A DNA stretch of 36,390 nucleotides from Chryseobacterium gleum (lineage in GTDB: Bacteria; Bacteroidota; Bacteroidia; Flavobacteriales_D; Sanyastnellaceae), in the NCBI GenBank assembly GCA_945897395.1, contig CAMDFE010000001.1:1-36390 (forward strand). Direction: 5' to 3'. Below the pieces are notes generated by a model. The model had not been told where the DNA came from, searched no databases, and saw only the letters and a program-made list of their open reading frames with translations. Shown in pieces: positions 27,024 to 35,985 of the stretch. A program made the position numbers and the translations under genes. Numbering within the stretch: position 1 is the first letter of the stretch; each line of letters opens with the position of its first letter.

Positions 27024-27587
27024 TCAGCGAATACGGTCGGGATTGTTTTTCAGAAATGAGTCCCAACTTTTGTAATTCCCTTTTGCCGCAAGTGGCCCAC
27101 TCGTCTGAAAATAGTGACAAACCGCAGCGGCTAAGCCGTCGGTAGCATCCATTTTCTTGGGCATGTCGGCCTGATTTATTTTTAAAATCTGTTGAAGCAT
27201 AGCAGCAACCTGCTCCTTCGAAGCATTTCCGTTTCCTGTAATACTTTGTTTTATTTTTCTTGGAGCGTATTCTACAACGGAAAGTTTGTGACTGAGTGCG
27301 GCAGCAATAGCAACTCCCTGAGCTCTTCCTAATTTCAACATGGATTGAACATTTTTCCCGAAGAAAGGAGCTTCAATGGCTAGCTCATCAGGATGAAATT
27401 CTTCGATAATTTCAACACATCGCGTAAATATTTTTTCGAGCTTCAATGCGTGATCCGAGATCTTGTCCATGCGAACAATATCCATCGTGAGCAGTGTCAT
27501 TTTTTTTTCTTCCACACGAATAACTCCGTAACCTAAAATGCTTGTTCCGGGGTCAATTCCTAAAATGATTCGTTCTTTTGTGCTCAA
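27024..27587 (-). CDS. ruvC: Crossover junction endodeoxyribonuclease RuvC
   Basis: The sequence shows ILGIDPGTSILGYGVI (catalytic Asp), ...ELAIEAPFFGKNVQSMLKLGRAQGV... and ...ATDGLAAAVCH.. It is 187 aa. Confidence 0.93.
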   Translation of the reverse strand: MSTKERIILGIDPGTSILGYGVIRVEEKKMTLLTMDIVRMDKISDHALKLEKIFTRCVEIIEEFHPDELAIEAPFFGKNVQSMLKLGRAQGVAIAAALSHKLSVVEYAPRKIKQSITGNGNASKEQVAAMLQQILKINQADMPKKMDATDGLAAAVCHYFQTSGPLAAKGNYKSWDSFLKNNPDRIR

Positions 27588-27623
27588 ATGAATTTACTTT
27601 GAGTTTCAAAGGTAATCTGTTTC

Positions 27624-28646
27624 GTGAAAGACACTTCTTCCAAAATAACGATTGTTGTTCCCTTCCGGAATATCAGCGACGATTGTCGCTCGGTGGATAG
27701 CGCGCTTGTGGAATGCGTGCGCTCATTGCAACTTATTACTGAGTGTGTTGAAGAAGTTATTTTTGTGAATGACCATTCAACAGACGATTCTGAAAAACAC
27801 CTCTTAGGATGCAGCATTCCGAACCTCCGAATATTAAATCTGGAAGGTGAATTCGAAGGAAAAAAAGCAGCTTTAGAATTAGGCGTGAAGGAGTCGAAAA
27901 CAGAATATATCTGGACACTGGATGCTGATGTTGTGATTAGTCAGTTTTCATCAGAACGATTCAAAGAATTTGAACAAGGATTGGGGCAAGATCTTGTAAT
28001 TATGCCGGTATACATGAACTCCGGAAATAGTCTTTTGGAACAACTGCAGACGAATGAATGGCGTTATTTGCAATTCATAACGTGGCTAAGTTCAGAGGTT
28101 AAACTGCCCATGATGTGCAACGGCGCAAATCTTATTTTTAAGCGACAATTGTTTATGGAAAACATAGAAGCACATCGATCTATTTCGAGCGGGGACGATA
28201 TGTTTTTACTGAGTCGAGTTATGAAGATTGGTGGAGATACTTCCATGCGTTGGGAGAAGTTTGTTAGGGTAGAAATTTCAACAGTTAATTCATGGCGAGA
28301 GTCAATTAATCAGCGAATTCGTTGGGCCGGAAAAATCACGAAACTTCCTTCTTCAAAAGCCTCTGTTTTACACGTTCTTTTTGCTCTTATCAGTGCCATT
28401 CATGTTTTTGCCTTTATAGGGCTTTTTATACCTTCGTGGCATTTGGAAAGCGCAGCGTTTCTCTCTTTTAAAGTCCTCGCAGAAGTCGTCTGTATGTATG
28501 GTGTTTTTTCCAATCGAATGAAGATGAAAGAAGTTATGCTGGCTTTGCCGCAGATGTTTCTTTACCCTTTTTTCAGTCTTTTTATCTTTATAAGTAGTTT
28601 ATTTTTCATTCCGAAATGGAAGGGGAGAAGAGTAAGTTTGAAGTAA
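27624..28646 (+). CDS. Family-2 glycosyltransferase, membrane-embedded synthase-like (D, DxD, GDD and QxxRW motifs plus C-terminal TM segments)
   Basis: The N-terminal GT-A fold is ...ITIVVPFRN..., and the remaining motifs are VNDHSTDDS, LDADV, SGDDMFL and QRIRWAGK (QxxRW). About three hydrophobic helices follow. GTG start at 27624. Confidence 0.85.
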   Translation: MKDTSSKITIVVPFRNISDDCRSVDSALVECVRSLQLITECVEEVIFVNDHSTDDSEKHLLGCSIPNLRILNLEGEFEGKKAALELGVKESKTEYIWTLDADVVISQFSSERFKEFEQGLGQDLVIMPVYMNSGNSLLEQLQTNEWRYLQFITWLSSEVKLPMMCNGANLIFKRQLFMENIEAHRSISSGDDMFLLSRVMKIGGDTSMRWEKFVRVEISTVNSWRESINQRIRWAGKITKLPSSKASVLHVLFALISAIHVFAFIGLFIPSWHLESAAFLSFKVLAEVVCMYGVFSNRMKMKEVMLALPQMFLYPFFSLFIFISSLFFIPKWKGRRVSLK

Positions 28647-28648
28647 GC

Positions 28649-29674
28649 ATGGAACCAAATTCTTCATTTCAACGATTTACAAAAAACAAACTAGCAATGG
28701 GTGGTTTGTTCTTTATTCTATTGATGATTTTGGTGTCGGCTTTTGGATCGTTTATTCGCTTGGATAAAACTGAAAATGCAAATGATCAGAAATTAAGTCT
28801 TGCGCTTTGTAAACCTGGATTTAATGTGCAAGTTGTTGCATTGAAATCAGATGTGAAAGAGTGGTTTCCAATCTCGAAAAGTGAATCCATTGGCGACACA
28901 CTTCGCGCAGAATTGTATGAGAAAAATGGGAGCGGGGAAATAAGGAAGTTCGCAACGAAAGATTTGTATGCGAATAGCGATGGCTTAGTTATTTCGAAAA
29001 AGAAATTCTGGTTAGGGACAGATAAATACGGAAGAGATGTGTTATCGCGATTAATGGCAGGAGCATCGGTTTCTTTATTGGTGGGCAGTATAGCAGTAAT
29101 TATATCCTTGATATTGGGTGTAACGCTCGGTTTGTGGGCTGGCTATTTCAAGGGGTGGGTTGATGCATTAATATCGTATTTCATTCAAGTGGTTTGGGCC
29201 ATACCCACGCTGCTGTTGGTTATGGCAATTTGTTTCGCCTTCGGAACAGGATTTTGGAAAGTCTTTGTAGCAGTTGGATTAACGATGTGGGTGGAAGTGG
29301 CCCGCATAACACGCGGGCAGGTCTTGGGTGTTCGAGAAAAGGAATATATTGAAGCCGCGAAGGCTATTGGAAATTCTTCTTCACGAATTATTTTCAAACA
29401 TGTTTTGCCAAACGTTCTTTCACCAATCATTGTGATGTCTGCAGCTAACTTCGCTTCTGCTATTCTCATGGAGGCAGGTTTGAGTTTTTTAGGTTTAGGA
29501 GCACAAATTCCAACTCCGAGTTGGGGGAATATGATACGTGAGAGTTATTCTTATTTGACTACTGATATGGCATATTTGGCATTCTTACCGGGGGTTTGTA
29601 TTATGCTTTTAGTACTTTCGTTTATGATGGTTGGAAATGGATTGCGCGATGCATTAGATGTTCGCGAGAATTGA
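28649..29674 (+). CDS. ABC transporter permease, OppC/DppC (binding-protein-dependent) type, with no adjacent ATPase or binding protein
   Basis: The EAA loop ...EYIEAAKAIGNSSSRIIFKHVLPN... is present with about six TM segments. A ~100-aa loop follows TM1. The start is set at ATG 28649, 2 nt after the GT2 stop (MEPNSSFQRFTKNKLAMGGLFF...), rather than the overlapping ATG at 28616. Confidence 0.85.
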   Translation: MEPNSSFQRFTKNKLAMGGLFFILLMILVSAFGSFIRLDKTENANDQKLSLALCKPGFNVQVVALKSDVKEWFPISKSESIGDTLRAELYEKNGSGEIRKFATKDLYANSDGLVISKKKFWLGTDKYGRDVLSRLMAGASVSLLVGSIAVIISLILGVTLGLWAGYFKGWVDALISYFIQVVWAIPTLLLVMAICFAFGTGFWKVFVAVGLTMWVEVARITRGQVLGVREKEYIEAAKAIGNSSSRIIFKHVLPNVLSPIIVMSAANFASAILMEAGLSFLGLGAQIPTPSWGNMIRESYSYLTTDMAYLAFLPGVCIMLLVLSFMMVGNGLRDALDVREN

Positions 29675-29688
29675 AATTAAATATTGAA

Positions 29689-31221
29689 ATGAAATTGAAA
29701 TTTTTTGTTACGATTTTGTTTGTTGCGCAGGTTTTATTTTGCCTTGCACAGCCTTCCGCGTACCCTACCGGATTTGGTTTTACTCGCTCTGTGAGAGAAG
29801 CCGTCTTGAAAACAGACTCTCCTGTTTTTCTTTCCATGCAGCCATACATGCGAAACGATTTGCCACTTTCTAAAATGGAAGGCGAGTTGAAAGACAGTGT
29901 GAAGATTTACCACGACTTTGCCGCACTTGCGCTGCGCAAACACATTTTCGAATACCACGAGGGTGATGTTCACATTCGAATGAATTTTCTATACAACATT
30001 GCCGGAGGGAAAGATTTTACGGATACACTAAACTACCCTAGATCACATAGAATTATAACCAACACTAGAGGTCTCTGGGTACAGGCAGATTTTGGAGATA
30101 AGGTTTCTGTTGAAACGGGTTTCTATGAAAGTCAAGAGTATATGCCGAAGTACATGAAGAATTATGTTGATAGTTTAGGTGTTATTCCAGGATTTGGTCG
30201 CGATAAAGATTATACCGCCATTCGGGACGTTGTCGATTATTCTTCTTCATTTTCTAGAATAACGATTCAACCAAATCAAGCATTAAGATTCCATATGGGT
30301 TACGGAAAACATAAAATTGGAAACGGTTATCGTTCGTTGCTTTGGTCTGATGGGATGTATAATTATCCGTATGTTCAATTTGATGTTACAAAAGGAAAGG
30401 TTAGGTATTCACATGTTTGGAATGTGATGCAAAGTCTGGAGCGTTTGCCTTTAGGCGATACTCCTGAATCTACTTTTAGAAGAAAGGCAGGTAGTTTTTC
30501 TTATCTCAGTTGGAAGCCATCGACAAAAGTGGAACTTTCACTTTTTGAATCGGTAGTTTGGAACCGATACGATTCGAATGCAATGCCGCAGGCGCTTCCC
30601 GTTAATTTCTACTCTCCATTCATTGGAACCGGATTCACGCAGGCTAATTCAACTCGAAATAATTTCAATGTGGGTGTTGATGCGAGTGTGCGGCTCATGA
30701 AAAACATTGAAGTTTATGGTCAAGCTTATTCAGATGTGTTGGGCGATTATAAAAAGAATGGAGCGCTGCAATTGGGTGTTCAATCGTACAATTTGGGAGT
30801 AAAGAATTTCGATTTAGGGTTTGAGTATAACCGTGTTCAGAGCGATGTGTATTCTTTTTCGGCGCTGTATTCCGATGCAACACACATGAACCAAACAGTG
30901 GGACATCCGTTGAATAATATGTACGAATACGTTTTGCGTTCTCGTTACCGATACGGAAGATATTTTGCACGTGTGAAGTGGAATTACATTGTTCAAAACA
31001 GAATGGAAGAGCGAAACGACGAGCCCATGTGGATCAACAGAAATTTGAAACAATGGGATGTTGAATTGGGATACTGGATAAATCCTAAAACAAATTCCGA
31101 ATTTATCATTTCCTTTTCCGACCGCATAGACGATCGGTCGAACGACTTGGTAAAACAGCATGCAACAATTCTAATGTTGGGAATTCGCACCGGTCTACAT
31201 GCTGTTTATCGTGATTTTTGA
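29689..31221 (+). CDS. Hypothetical outer-membrane protein, probable beta-barrel
   Basis: The start is set at ATG 29689, giving signal peptide MKLKFFVTILFVAQVLFCLAQ. The sequence is rich in aromatic, Gly and Asn residues in an alternating pattern, and it ends in ...AVYRDF (C-terminal Phe typical of OMP beta-barrels). I do not recognise a family with certainty. Confidence 0.6.
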   Translation: MKLKFFVTILFVAQVLFCLAQPSAYPTGFGFTRSVREAVLKTDSPVFLSMQPYMRNDLPLSKMEGELKDSVKIYHDFAALALRKHIFEYHEGDVHIRMNFLYNIAGGKDFTDTLNYPRSHRIITNTRGLWVQADFGDKVSVETGFYESQEYMPKYMKNYVDSLGVIPGFGRDKDYTAIRDVVDYSSSFSRITIQPNQALRFHMGYGKHKIGNGYRSLLWSDGMYNYPYVQFDVTKGKVRYSHVWNVMQSLERLPLGDTPESTFRRKAGSFSYLSWKPSTKVELSLFESVVWNRYDSNAMPQALPVNFYSPFIGTGFTQANSTRNNFNVGVDASVRLMKNIEVYGQAYSDVLGDYKKNGALQLGVQSYNLGVKNFDLGFEYNRVQSDVYSFSALYSDATHMNQTVGHPLNNMYEYVLRSRYRYGRYFARVKWNYIVQNRMEERNDEPMWINRNLKQWDVELGYWINPKTNSEFIISFSDRIDDRSNDLVKQHATILMLGIRTGLHAVYRDF

Positions 31222-31253
31222 ATACATTTGAGTCAACCTAATCTAAACCAAAA

Positions 31254-32342
31254 TTGAAAGATATTATCTTCGCTTTTCTAAGTGCGTTTGCCATTGTATT
31301 GGTGGCAACACCGCCCCTTATTAAAGTGGCGAAGATGAAGCATTTGGTCGATGAGCCGGGGCAAGACAGAAAACTGCATCACAAAAGTATTCCGACCCTT
31401 GGAGGAATTTTAATATTTGCAGCAACGATTATCTCTTATTGTTTATGGTTTCCTTCAAGAGAGGCTTGGGAGTTGGGAGCCAACTACAACCCACTGCAAG
31501 CGCTTAATGAATTCAAATATATTTTAGCTTCAATGTTTGCCTTATTCTTTATAGGATTGAAAGATGATATTGTTGGTGTTGATCCATTTAAAAAATTAAT
31601 TGTTCATCTTTTTGTAGGCGTAACCCTTGTGGTCTTAGCAGATATTCGATTAACAGAATTTTGGGGACTTTTTGAAGTGGATAAATTGCCTTATTGGCTA
31701 AGTGTAGTGCTTTCCATTTTCATTTACATCGTAATCGTGAATGCGATAAATCTTATCGATGGAGTAGATGGATTGGCCGGTGGAATTGGTTTAATCGGTA
31801 GCGTAGCATTTACGCTTTGGTTTTATAAAACAGGCGACATGCCTCTAGCACTTTTGGCTGTAGGTCTGGCGGGGTCACTTTTTGGATTTTTGATTTTTAA
31901 TTTCCAACCTGCGCGCATATTTATGGGGGATTCGGGATCTTTGATTATTGGAATTTGCATGTATGTTTTGGCAATGAAATTAATTGAATTTCCTCCATCG
32001 AAATTGTCTGCTGCCATGCAAATAGTTTCGAAGCCCATATTCGCTATGGCAATCTTGGCGTATCCGCTTATAGATACACTGAGGGTGTTCGCCATTCGAA
32101 TTTTAGGTGGGAAGTCACCTTTTCTAGCCGACAAAAACCACATACATCATCGTTTGTTGGCCTTAGGTTTACAGCATTATCAAGTGTCTATTGCCTTGTA
32201 TTGTTACACCTTATTCATCATAGGCACAACGTTCTTAATGCCTCCTCAAACACCAAACATTTCATTCTTGGCTGTTGGAAGCATTGCCGTTTTTTTAGCT
32301 TATGTGCCGTTTATGATTCCGAAGAAGAATCAATTGAAATAA
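31254..32342 (+). CDS. Polyprenyl-phosphate sugar-1-phosphate transferase, MraY/WecA (GT4) family
   Basis: Motifs ...DEPGQDRKLHHKSIPTLGGI..., ...VNAINLIDGVDGLAGG... and ...FMGDSGSL... are present with about 10 TM segments. The TTG start at 31254 is inferred because it is the only in-frame start that keeps TM1. Confidence 0.85.
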   Translation: MKDIIFAFLSAFAIVLVATPPLIKVAKMKHLVDEPGQDRKLHHKSIPTLGGILIFAATIISYCLWFPSREAWELGANYNPLQALNEFKYILASMFALFFIGLKDDIVGVDPFKKLIVHLFVGVTLVVLADIRLTEFWGLFEVDKLPYWLSVVLSIFIYIVIVNAINLIDGVDGLAGGIGLIGSVAFTLWFYKTGDMPLALLAVGLAGSLFGFLIFNFQPARIFMGDSGSLIIGICMYVLAMKLIEFPPSKLSAAMQIVSKPIFAMAILAYPLIDTLRVFAIRILGGKSPFLADKNHIHHRLLALGLQHYQVSIALYCYTLFIIGTTFLMPPQTPNISFLAVGSIAVFLAYVPFMIPKKNQLK

Positions 32343-33502
32343 GGAGTAGCGTATTGCTTCACTGCTTTTTCATCAATGCTATCGCCCGAAAGGATAATCA
32401 ATCGTTCAATTACATTTCGAAACTCGCGAATATTCCCTGTCCAGTCATGCTGCTGAAGTGCTTTTAAAGCCGCTGGTACAATGTCTTTTTTTGGCTGTCC
32501 GTATTCATCTGCTATTTGCTGAAGGAAGTGCTCTGCCAAGAGTGGGAGGTCGTCTTTTCGTTCGTTCAATGAAGGAACTTTGATGACAATAACTGAAAGT
32601 CTGTGATACAAGTCTTCACGGAAATTACCAGCTGCAATCGCCTTTTTTAAGTCTTTGTTAGTAGCTGCTAAAATGCGAACATTTACCTTCATGTCTCTTT
32701 CACCGCCAACTCGTGTTATTTTATTTTCCTGAAGTGCTCGAAGTACTTTGGCTTGAGCAGAAAGTGACATGTCTCCAATTTCATCGAGAAAAAGGGTTCC
32801 GTTATCGGCCAATTCGAATTTTCCAGACTTTGTTTTAACTGCAGAAGTAAATGCGCCTTTTTCGTGCCCGAATAATTCGCTTTCAATAAGTTCAGATGGA
32901 ATAGCCGCGCAATTCACTTCAATAAAAGCTTGCGCTGCTCTATTGCTTTTTTCATGAAGCTGACGAGCAACTAGCTCTTTTCCGCAACCATTTCCGCCAG
33001 TAATAAGAACGCGCGCATCGGTTGGAGCAACTGTATCGATCATTTTAATGATTTCCAAAATAGACTTGCTTTGTCCGATAATGTTCGAGCCATTGACTTT
33101 GTTGAGCTTCTTTTTGAGCGTTTTCGTTTCTTTTATGAGAGCGTCGTGCTTGTTGGCATTTCGAGTTGAAACAAGCACGCGATTAAGATCTAACGGTTTT
33201 TGAATGAAGTCGTAAGCTCCTCGTTTAATCGCTTCTACAGCGGTATCAATGGTTCCGTGTCCGGTAATCATAACAACGGGAACTTGTATATCTTCCTTTT
33301 TCAATTCAGATAAAAAATCTAACCCGTCAAGTTTTGGCATTTTAATGTCACAAAAGATTAAATCGAAAGATTCTTTAAGTACCATTTTCAACGCGGTTTC
33401 TCCGTCTGGCGCCTCAGAAATGCTGAATCCTTCGTACTCCAGGACTTCTTTTAATGCGCTGCGGATTGCAGCTTCATCGTCGACGATTAAAATTTTTGAC
33501 AT
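32330..33502 (-). CDS. Sigma-54-dependent response regulator (REC + AAA+ activator) with no C-terminal HTH domain
   Basis: The REC domain is ILIVDDE...[14 protein letters not shown]...VVMITGHG. The AAA+ domain has Walker [11 protein letters not shown], the loop [13 protein letters not shown], Walker [11 protein letters not shown] and ...[13 protein letters not shown]. The protein ends 25 aa later. The start is set at ATG 33500-33502 (MSKILIV...). Confidence 0.88.
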   Translation of the reverse strand: MSKILIVDDEAAIRSALKEVLEYEGFSISEAPDGETALKMVLKESFDLIFCDIKMPKLDGLDFLSELKKEDIQVPVVMITGHGTIDTAVEAIKRGAYDFIQKPLDLNRVLVSTRNANKHDALIKETKTLKKKLNKVNGSNIIGQSKSILEIIKMIDTVAPTDARVLITGGNGCGKELVARQLHEKSNRAAQAFIEVNCAAIPSELIESELFGHEKGAFTSAVKTKSGKFELADNGTLFLDEIGDMSLSAQAKVLRALQENKITRVGGERDMKVNVRILAATNKDLKKAIAAGNFREDLYHRLSVIVIKVPSLNERKDDLPLLAEHFLQQIADEYGQPKKDIVPAALKALQQHDWTGNIREFRNVIERLIILSGDSIDEKAVKQYATPYFN

Positions 33503-33517
33503 GTTTAAGGCTTTTAG

Positions 33518-33525
33518 CAAAAGTA
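33518..33525 (-). promoter_or_regulatory. Candidate -7 box (TACTTTTG) for the sigma-54 activator gene
   Basis: The TAnnTTTG match on the - strand lies 15 nt upstream of the ATG at 33502. Confidence 0.3.
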
Positions 33526-33592
33526 GCGCAAAGCGTTGATAAGTTTCTTTCGGAAAGTTGAAGTTTTGAAGGGGTGTTCAATCCTGTAAAAG

Positions 33593-33600
33593 TATCTTTG
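33593..33600 (+). promoter_or_regulatory. Candidate -7 box (TATCTTTG) for the uvrD/pcrA-type helicase gene
   Basis: The TAnnTTTG match lies 4 nt upstream of the annotated GTG start. No well-spaced -33 TTG was seen, since the nearest TTTG is 24 nt upstream. Confidence 0.25.
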
Positions 33601-33604
33601 CGAA

Positions 33605-35947
33605 GTGAGTCAAAGAGATTTTTTAAGTGAGTTGAACGACGCTCAGCGTGCAGCAGCTCGACACATTTCAGGTCCATTAATGGTTATTGCAGGAGCGGGT
33701 TCCGGAAAGACACGTGTCTTAACTTACCGTATTGCGCATATGATACAGAACGGTATTGATCCGTTCAGTATTCTTTCGCTAACCTTTACCAACAAGGCTG
33801 CACGTGAAATGAAGGATCGTATTGCTAACCTCATGGGCCAGGACAACGCGCGCAACATTTGGATGGGAACTTTCCACAGCGTCTTCGCGCGTATTCTTCG
33901 ATCGGAAGCCGATCGAATTGGATATCCGAGAAACTTCAGCATCTACGATTCAGCAGATAGCAAGAGCCTAATTAAAGATATTTTAAAGGAAATGTCGCTC
34001 GACGACAAGATCTACAAACCAGGAATTGTTCAGAATCGAATTTCTTCCTGCAAGAATAATTTAATTGCCGCGGCCGATTACCCTGAACAAGTGGAATTGG
34101 TTTCAGATGATCATGCCGCAAAACGCCCTAAGATGGCAGAGGTTTATAAAAAGTACGACCAGCGCTTGTTTCAATCCGGGGCCATGGACTTTGACGACTT
34201 GCTCTTCAAAACGAATATTTTGTTCAGAGACCATGCAGATGTGCTTCACCGCTATCAGCATAAGTTTCAGTTCATCATGGTAGATGAGTATCAAGATACG
34301 AATTTTTCTCAGTATTTAATCGTGAAACAACTCGCAGCGGTAAATGAAAATTTATGTGTTGTTGGAGACGACGCGCAAAGCATTTACGCCTTCCGCGGAG
34401 CCAATATTCAGAACATTCTGAATTTTAGAAAAGACTATCCCGATTATTCGTTGTATAAATTGGAGCAGAACTACCGCTCGACGAAAGTCATTGTTGAGGC
34501 AGCGAATTCAATCATTGGAAACAATAAGAATCAGATTAAGAAAAACGTTTGGACAGCCAATGACGAAGGAAGTAAAATCCGTCTTCATCAAGCTCCAACC
34601 GACAATGAAGAAGGAATGTTCGTGGCGAACACCATTTTCAAATTGCAAAAGGAAGACGGAGGAACTTACCACGACTTCGCAATTCTTTACCGCACGAACG
34701 CGCAATCGCGCGCAATGGAGGAAGCCCTTCGCAAATTAAATATTCCCTACAAAATTTACGGTGGATTAAGTTTCTACCAGCGTAAAGAGATTAAAGATTT
34801 GTTGGCCTACTTCCGACTTACCGCGAATCACAAAGACGAAGAGGCTTTGAAGCGCGTGATTAATTATCCTGCAAGAGGCATCGGAAAAACGACACTTGAG
34901 AAATTGATCGTTGGAGCATCTGAGCGAGAGATTAGTATCTGGGAAATGATTGCCCGCTGCTTTGAAGTTGGTATATCTGGAGCCACTGCGAACAAGCTGA
35001 ATGAATTCGTTACCATGATTCAAAGCTTTGCAACAGAGCTAACCACGAAGCCGGCTTACGACTTGGGTATGCACATTGCTGCGGCCTCGGGTTTATTGGT
35101 TGAAGTCAACGCTGATCGCACGCCTGAAGGGGTTGCTCGTGTAGAAAATCTTCAAGAATTATTGGCCGGATTGAAAGAGTTTTCCGAACGTGAATTGGAA
35201 GACAGTTCTATTCCTTCGTTGTCAGATTTCTTGATAGATGTAGCGTTGCTCACAGATACGGTAAGCACAGATGTAGACGAATCGAAATGCGTTTCGCTCA
35301 TGACCATTCACTCAGCGAAAGGATTGGAATTTCCGAATGTATTTATAGTTGGAATGGAAGAAAATCTCTTCCCATCACAAATGTCTTTGAACGCCCGCGA
35401 AGACTTGGAAGAAGAGCGAAGGCTCTTTTATGTAGCCCTCACCCGTGCTGAAAAAAGAGCAATTCTCTCTTACGCGAATTCAAGATTCAAATGGGGACAA
35501 TTCACCTACTGCGAGCCTTCGCGTTTTATTCAAGAGATCGACGAGAAATTTTTGGAAGCGACTTCGGGAAAGAAATCTCCTTCACCTTCGAAATCATTCG
35601 ATTTTGGTGAAGAGCGGGGAAAATTCAGCGGAGGAATAAACAAGCTTCCGCTTCAGGAAAGACCGAAGTCTTCTTCTCCGCCAGCGCCGCCCATGCCACC
35701 CCAAATCGATACCACTAAGTTAAAGAAAGTGGATATGAATGCACCTGTTCCGCTTCCTGCAGGAGACTGGGCTTTGCCGCATGAAATTCAAGTTGGAGTT
35801 GAAGTTCAACATGAAAAATTCGGGAAAGGGAAAGTCATTAATGTAGAAGGTGAAAACCCGAATGAAAAGGCTACCGTTTTCTTTCCTTCGGAAGGACAAA
35901 AGCAACTGTTGTTGAAATTCGCGAAGTTGAAAATTGTAGGCGCTTAA
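33605..35947 (+). CDS. uvrD: ATP-dependent DNA helicase, UvrD/PcrA/Rep family
   Basis: The motifs are LNDAQRAA, AGAGSGKT, MVDEYQDTN, GDDAQSIYAFRGA, ...LEQNYRST... and TIHSAKGLEFP..V. A C-terminal Tudor-like segment is present (VEVQHEKFGKGKVINVEG...). The start is uncertain: GTG 33605 or the TTG at 33632. Confidence 0.9.
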   Translation: MSQRDFLSELNDAQRAAARHISGPLMVIAGAGSGKTRVLTYRIAHMIQNGIDPFSILSLTFTNKAAREMKDRIANLMGQDNARNIWMGTFHSVFARILRSEADRIGYPRNFSIYDSADSKSLIKDILKEMSLDDKIYKPGIVQNRISSCKNNLIAAADYPEQVELVSDDHAAKRPKMAEVYKKYDQRLFQSGAMDFDDLLFKTNILFRDHADVLHRYQHKFQFIMVDEYQDTNFSQYLIVKQLAAVNENLCVVGDDAQSIYAFRGANIQNILNFRKDYPDYSLYKLEQNYRSTKVIVEAANSIIGNNKNQIKKNVWTANDEGSKIRLHQAPTDNEEGMFVANTIFKLQKEDGGTYHDFAILYRTNAQSRAMEEALRKLNIPYKIYGGLSFYQRKEIKDLLAYFRLTANHKDEEALKRVINYPARGIGKTTLEKLIVGASEREISIWEMIARCFEVGISGATANKLNEFVTMIQSFATELTTKPAYDLGMHIAAASGLLVEVNADRTPEGVARVENLQELLAGLKEFSERELEDSSIPSLSDFLIDVALLTDTVSTDVDESKCVSLMTIHSAKGLEFPNVFIVGMEENLFPSQMSLNAREDLEEERRLFYVALTRAEKRAILSYANSRFKWGQFTYCEPSRFIQEIDEKFLEATSGKKSPSPSKSFDFGEERGKFSGGINKLPLQERPKSSSPPAPPMPPQIDTTKLKKVDMNAPVPLPAGDWALPHEIQVGVEVQHEKFGKGKVINVEGENPNEKATVFFPSEGQKQLLLKFAKLKIVGA

Positions 35948-35985
35948 TTGTAGTGTATATTTGTTAGACCTCATTTAAATTTATT

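Noticed and set aside
27500-27508. T9 homopolymer (A9 on the coding strand) inside ruvC, considered as a phase-variation tract
   Set aside because: It encodes EEKKM within an intact conserved gene. Homopolymers of this size are common in AT-rich Bacteroidota genomes, and ruvC is not a plausible phase-variable gene.
27584-27817. 77-aa ORF on the - strand abutting ruvC and overlapping the GT2 5' end
   Set aside because: It has no recognisable motif, and it overlaps the conserved GT-A N-terminus of the + strand gene.
32330-32342. 13-nt overlap of the convergent 3' ends of the wecA-like and sigma-54 activator genes
   Set aside because: It probably reflects genome compaction. I see no hairpin or regulatory signature, so I note it only as context.
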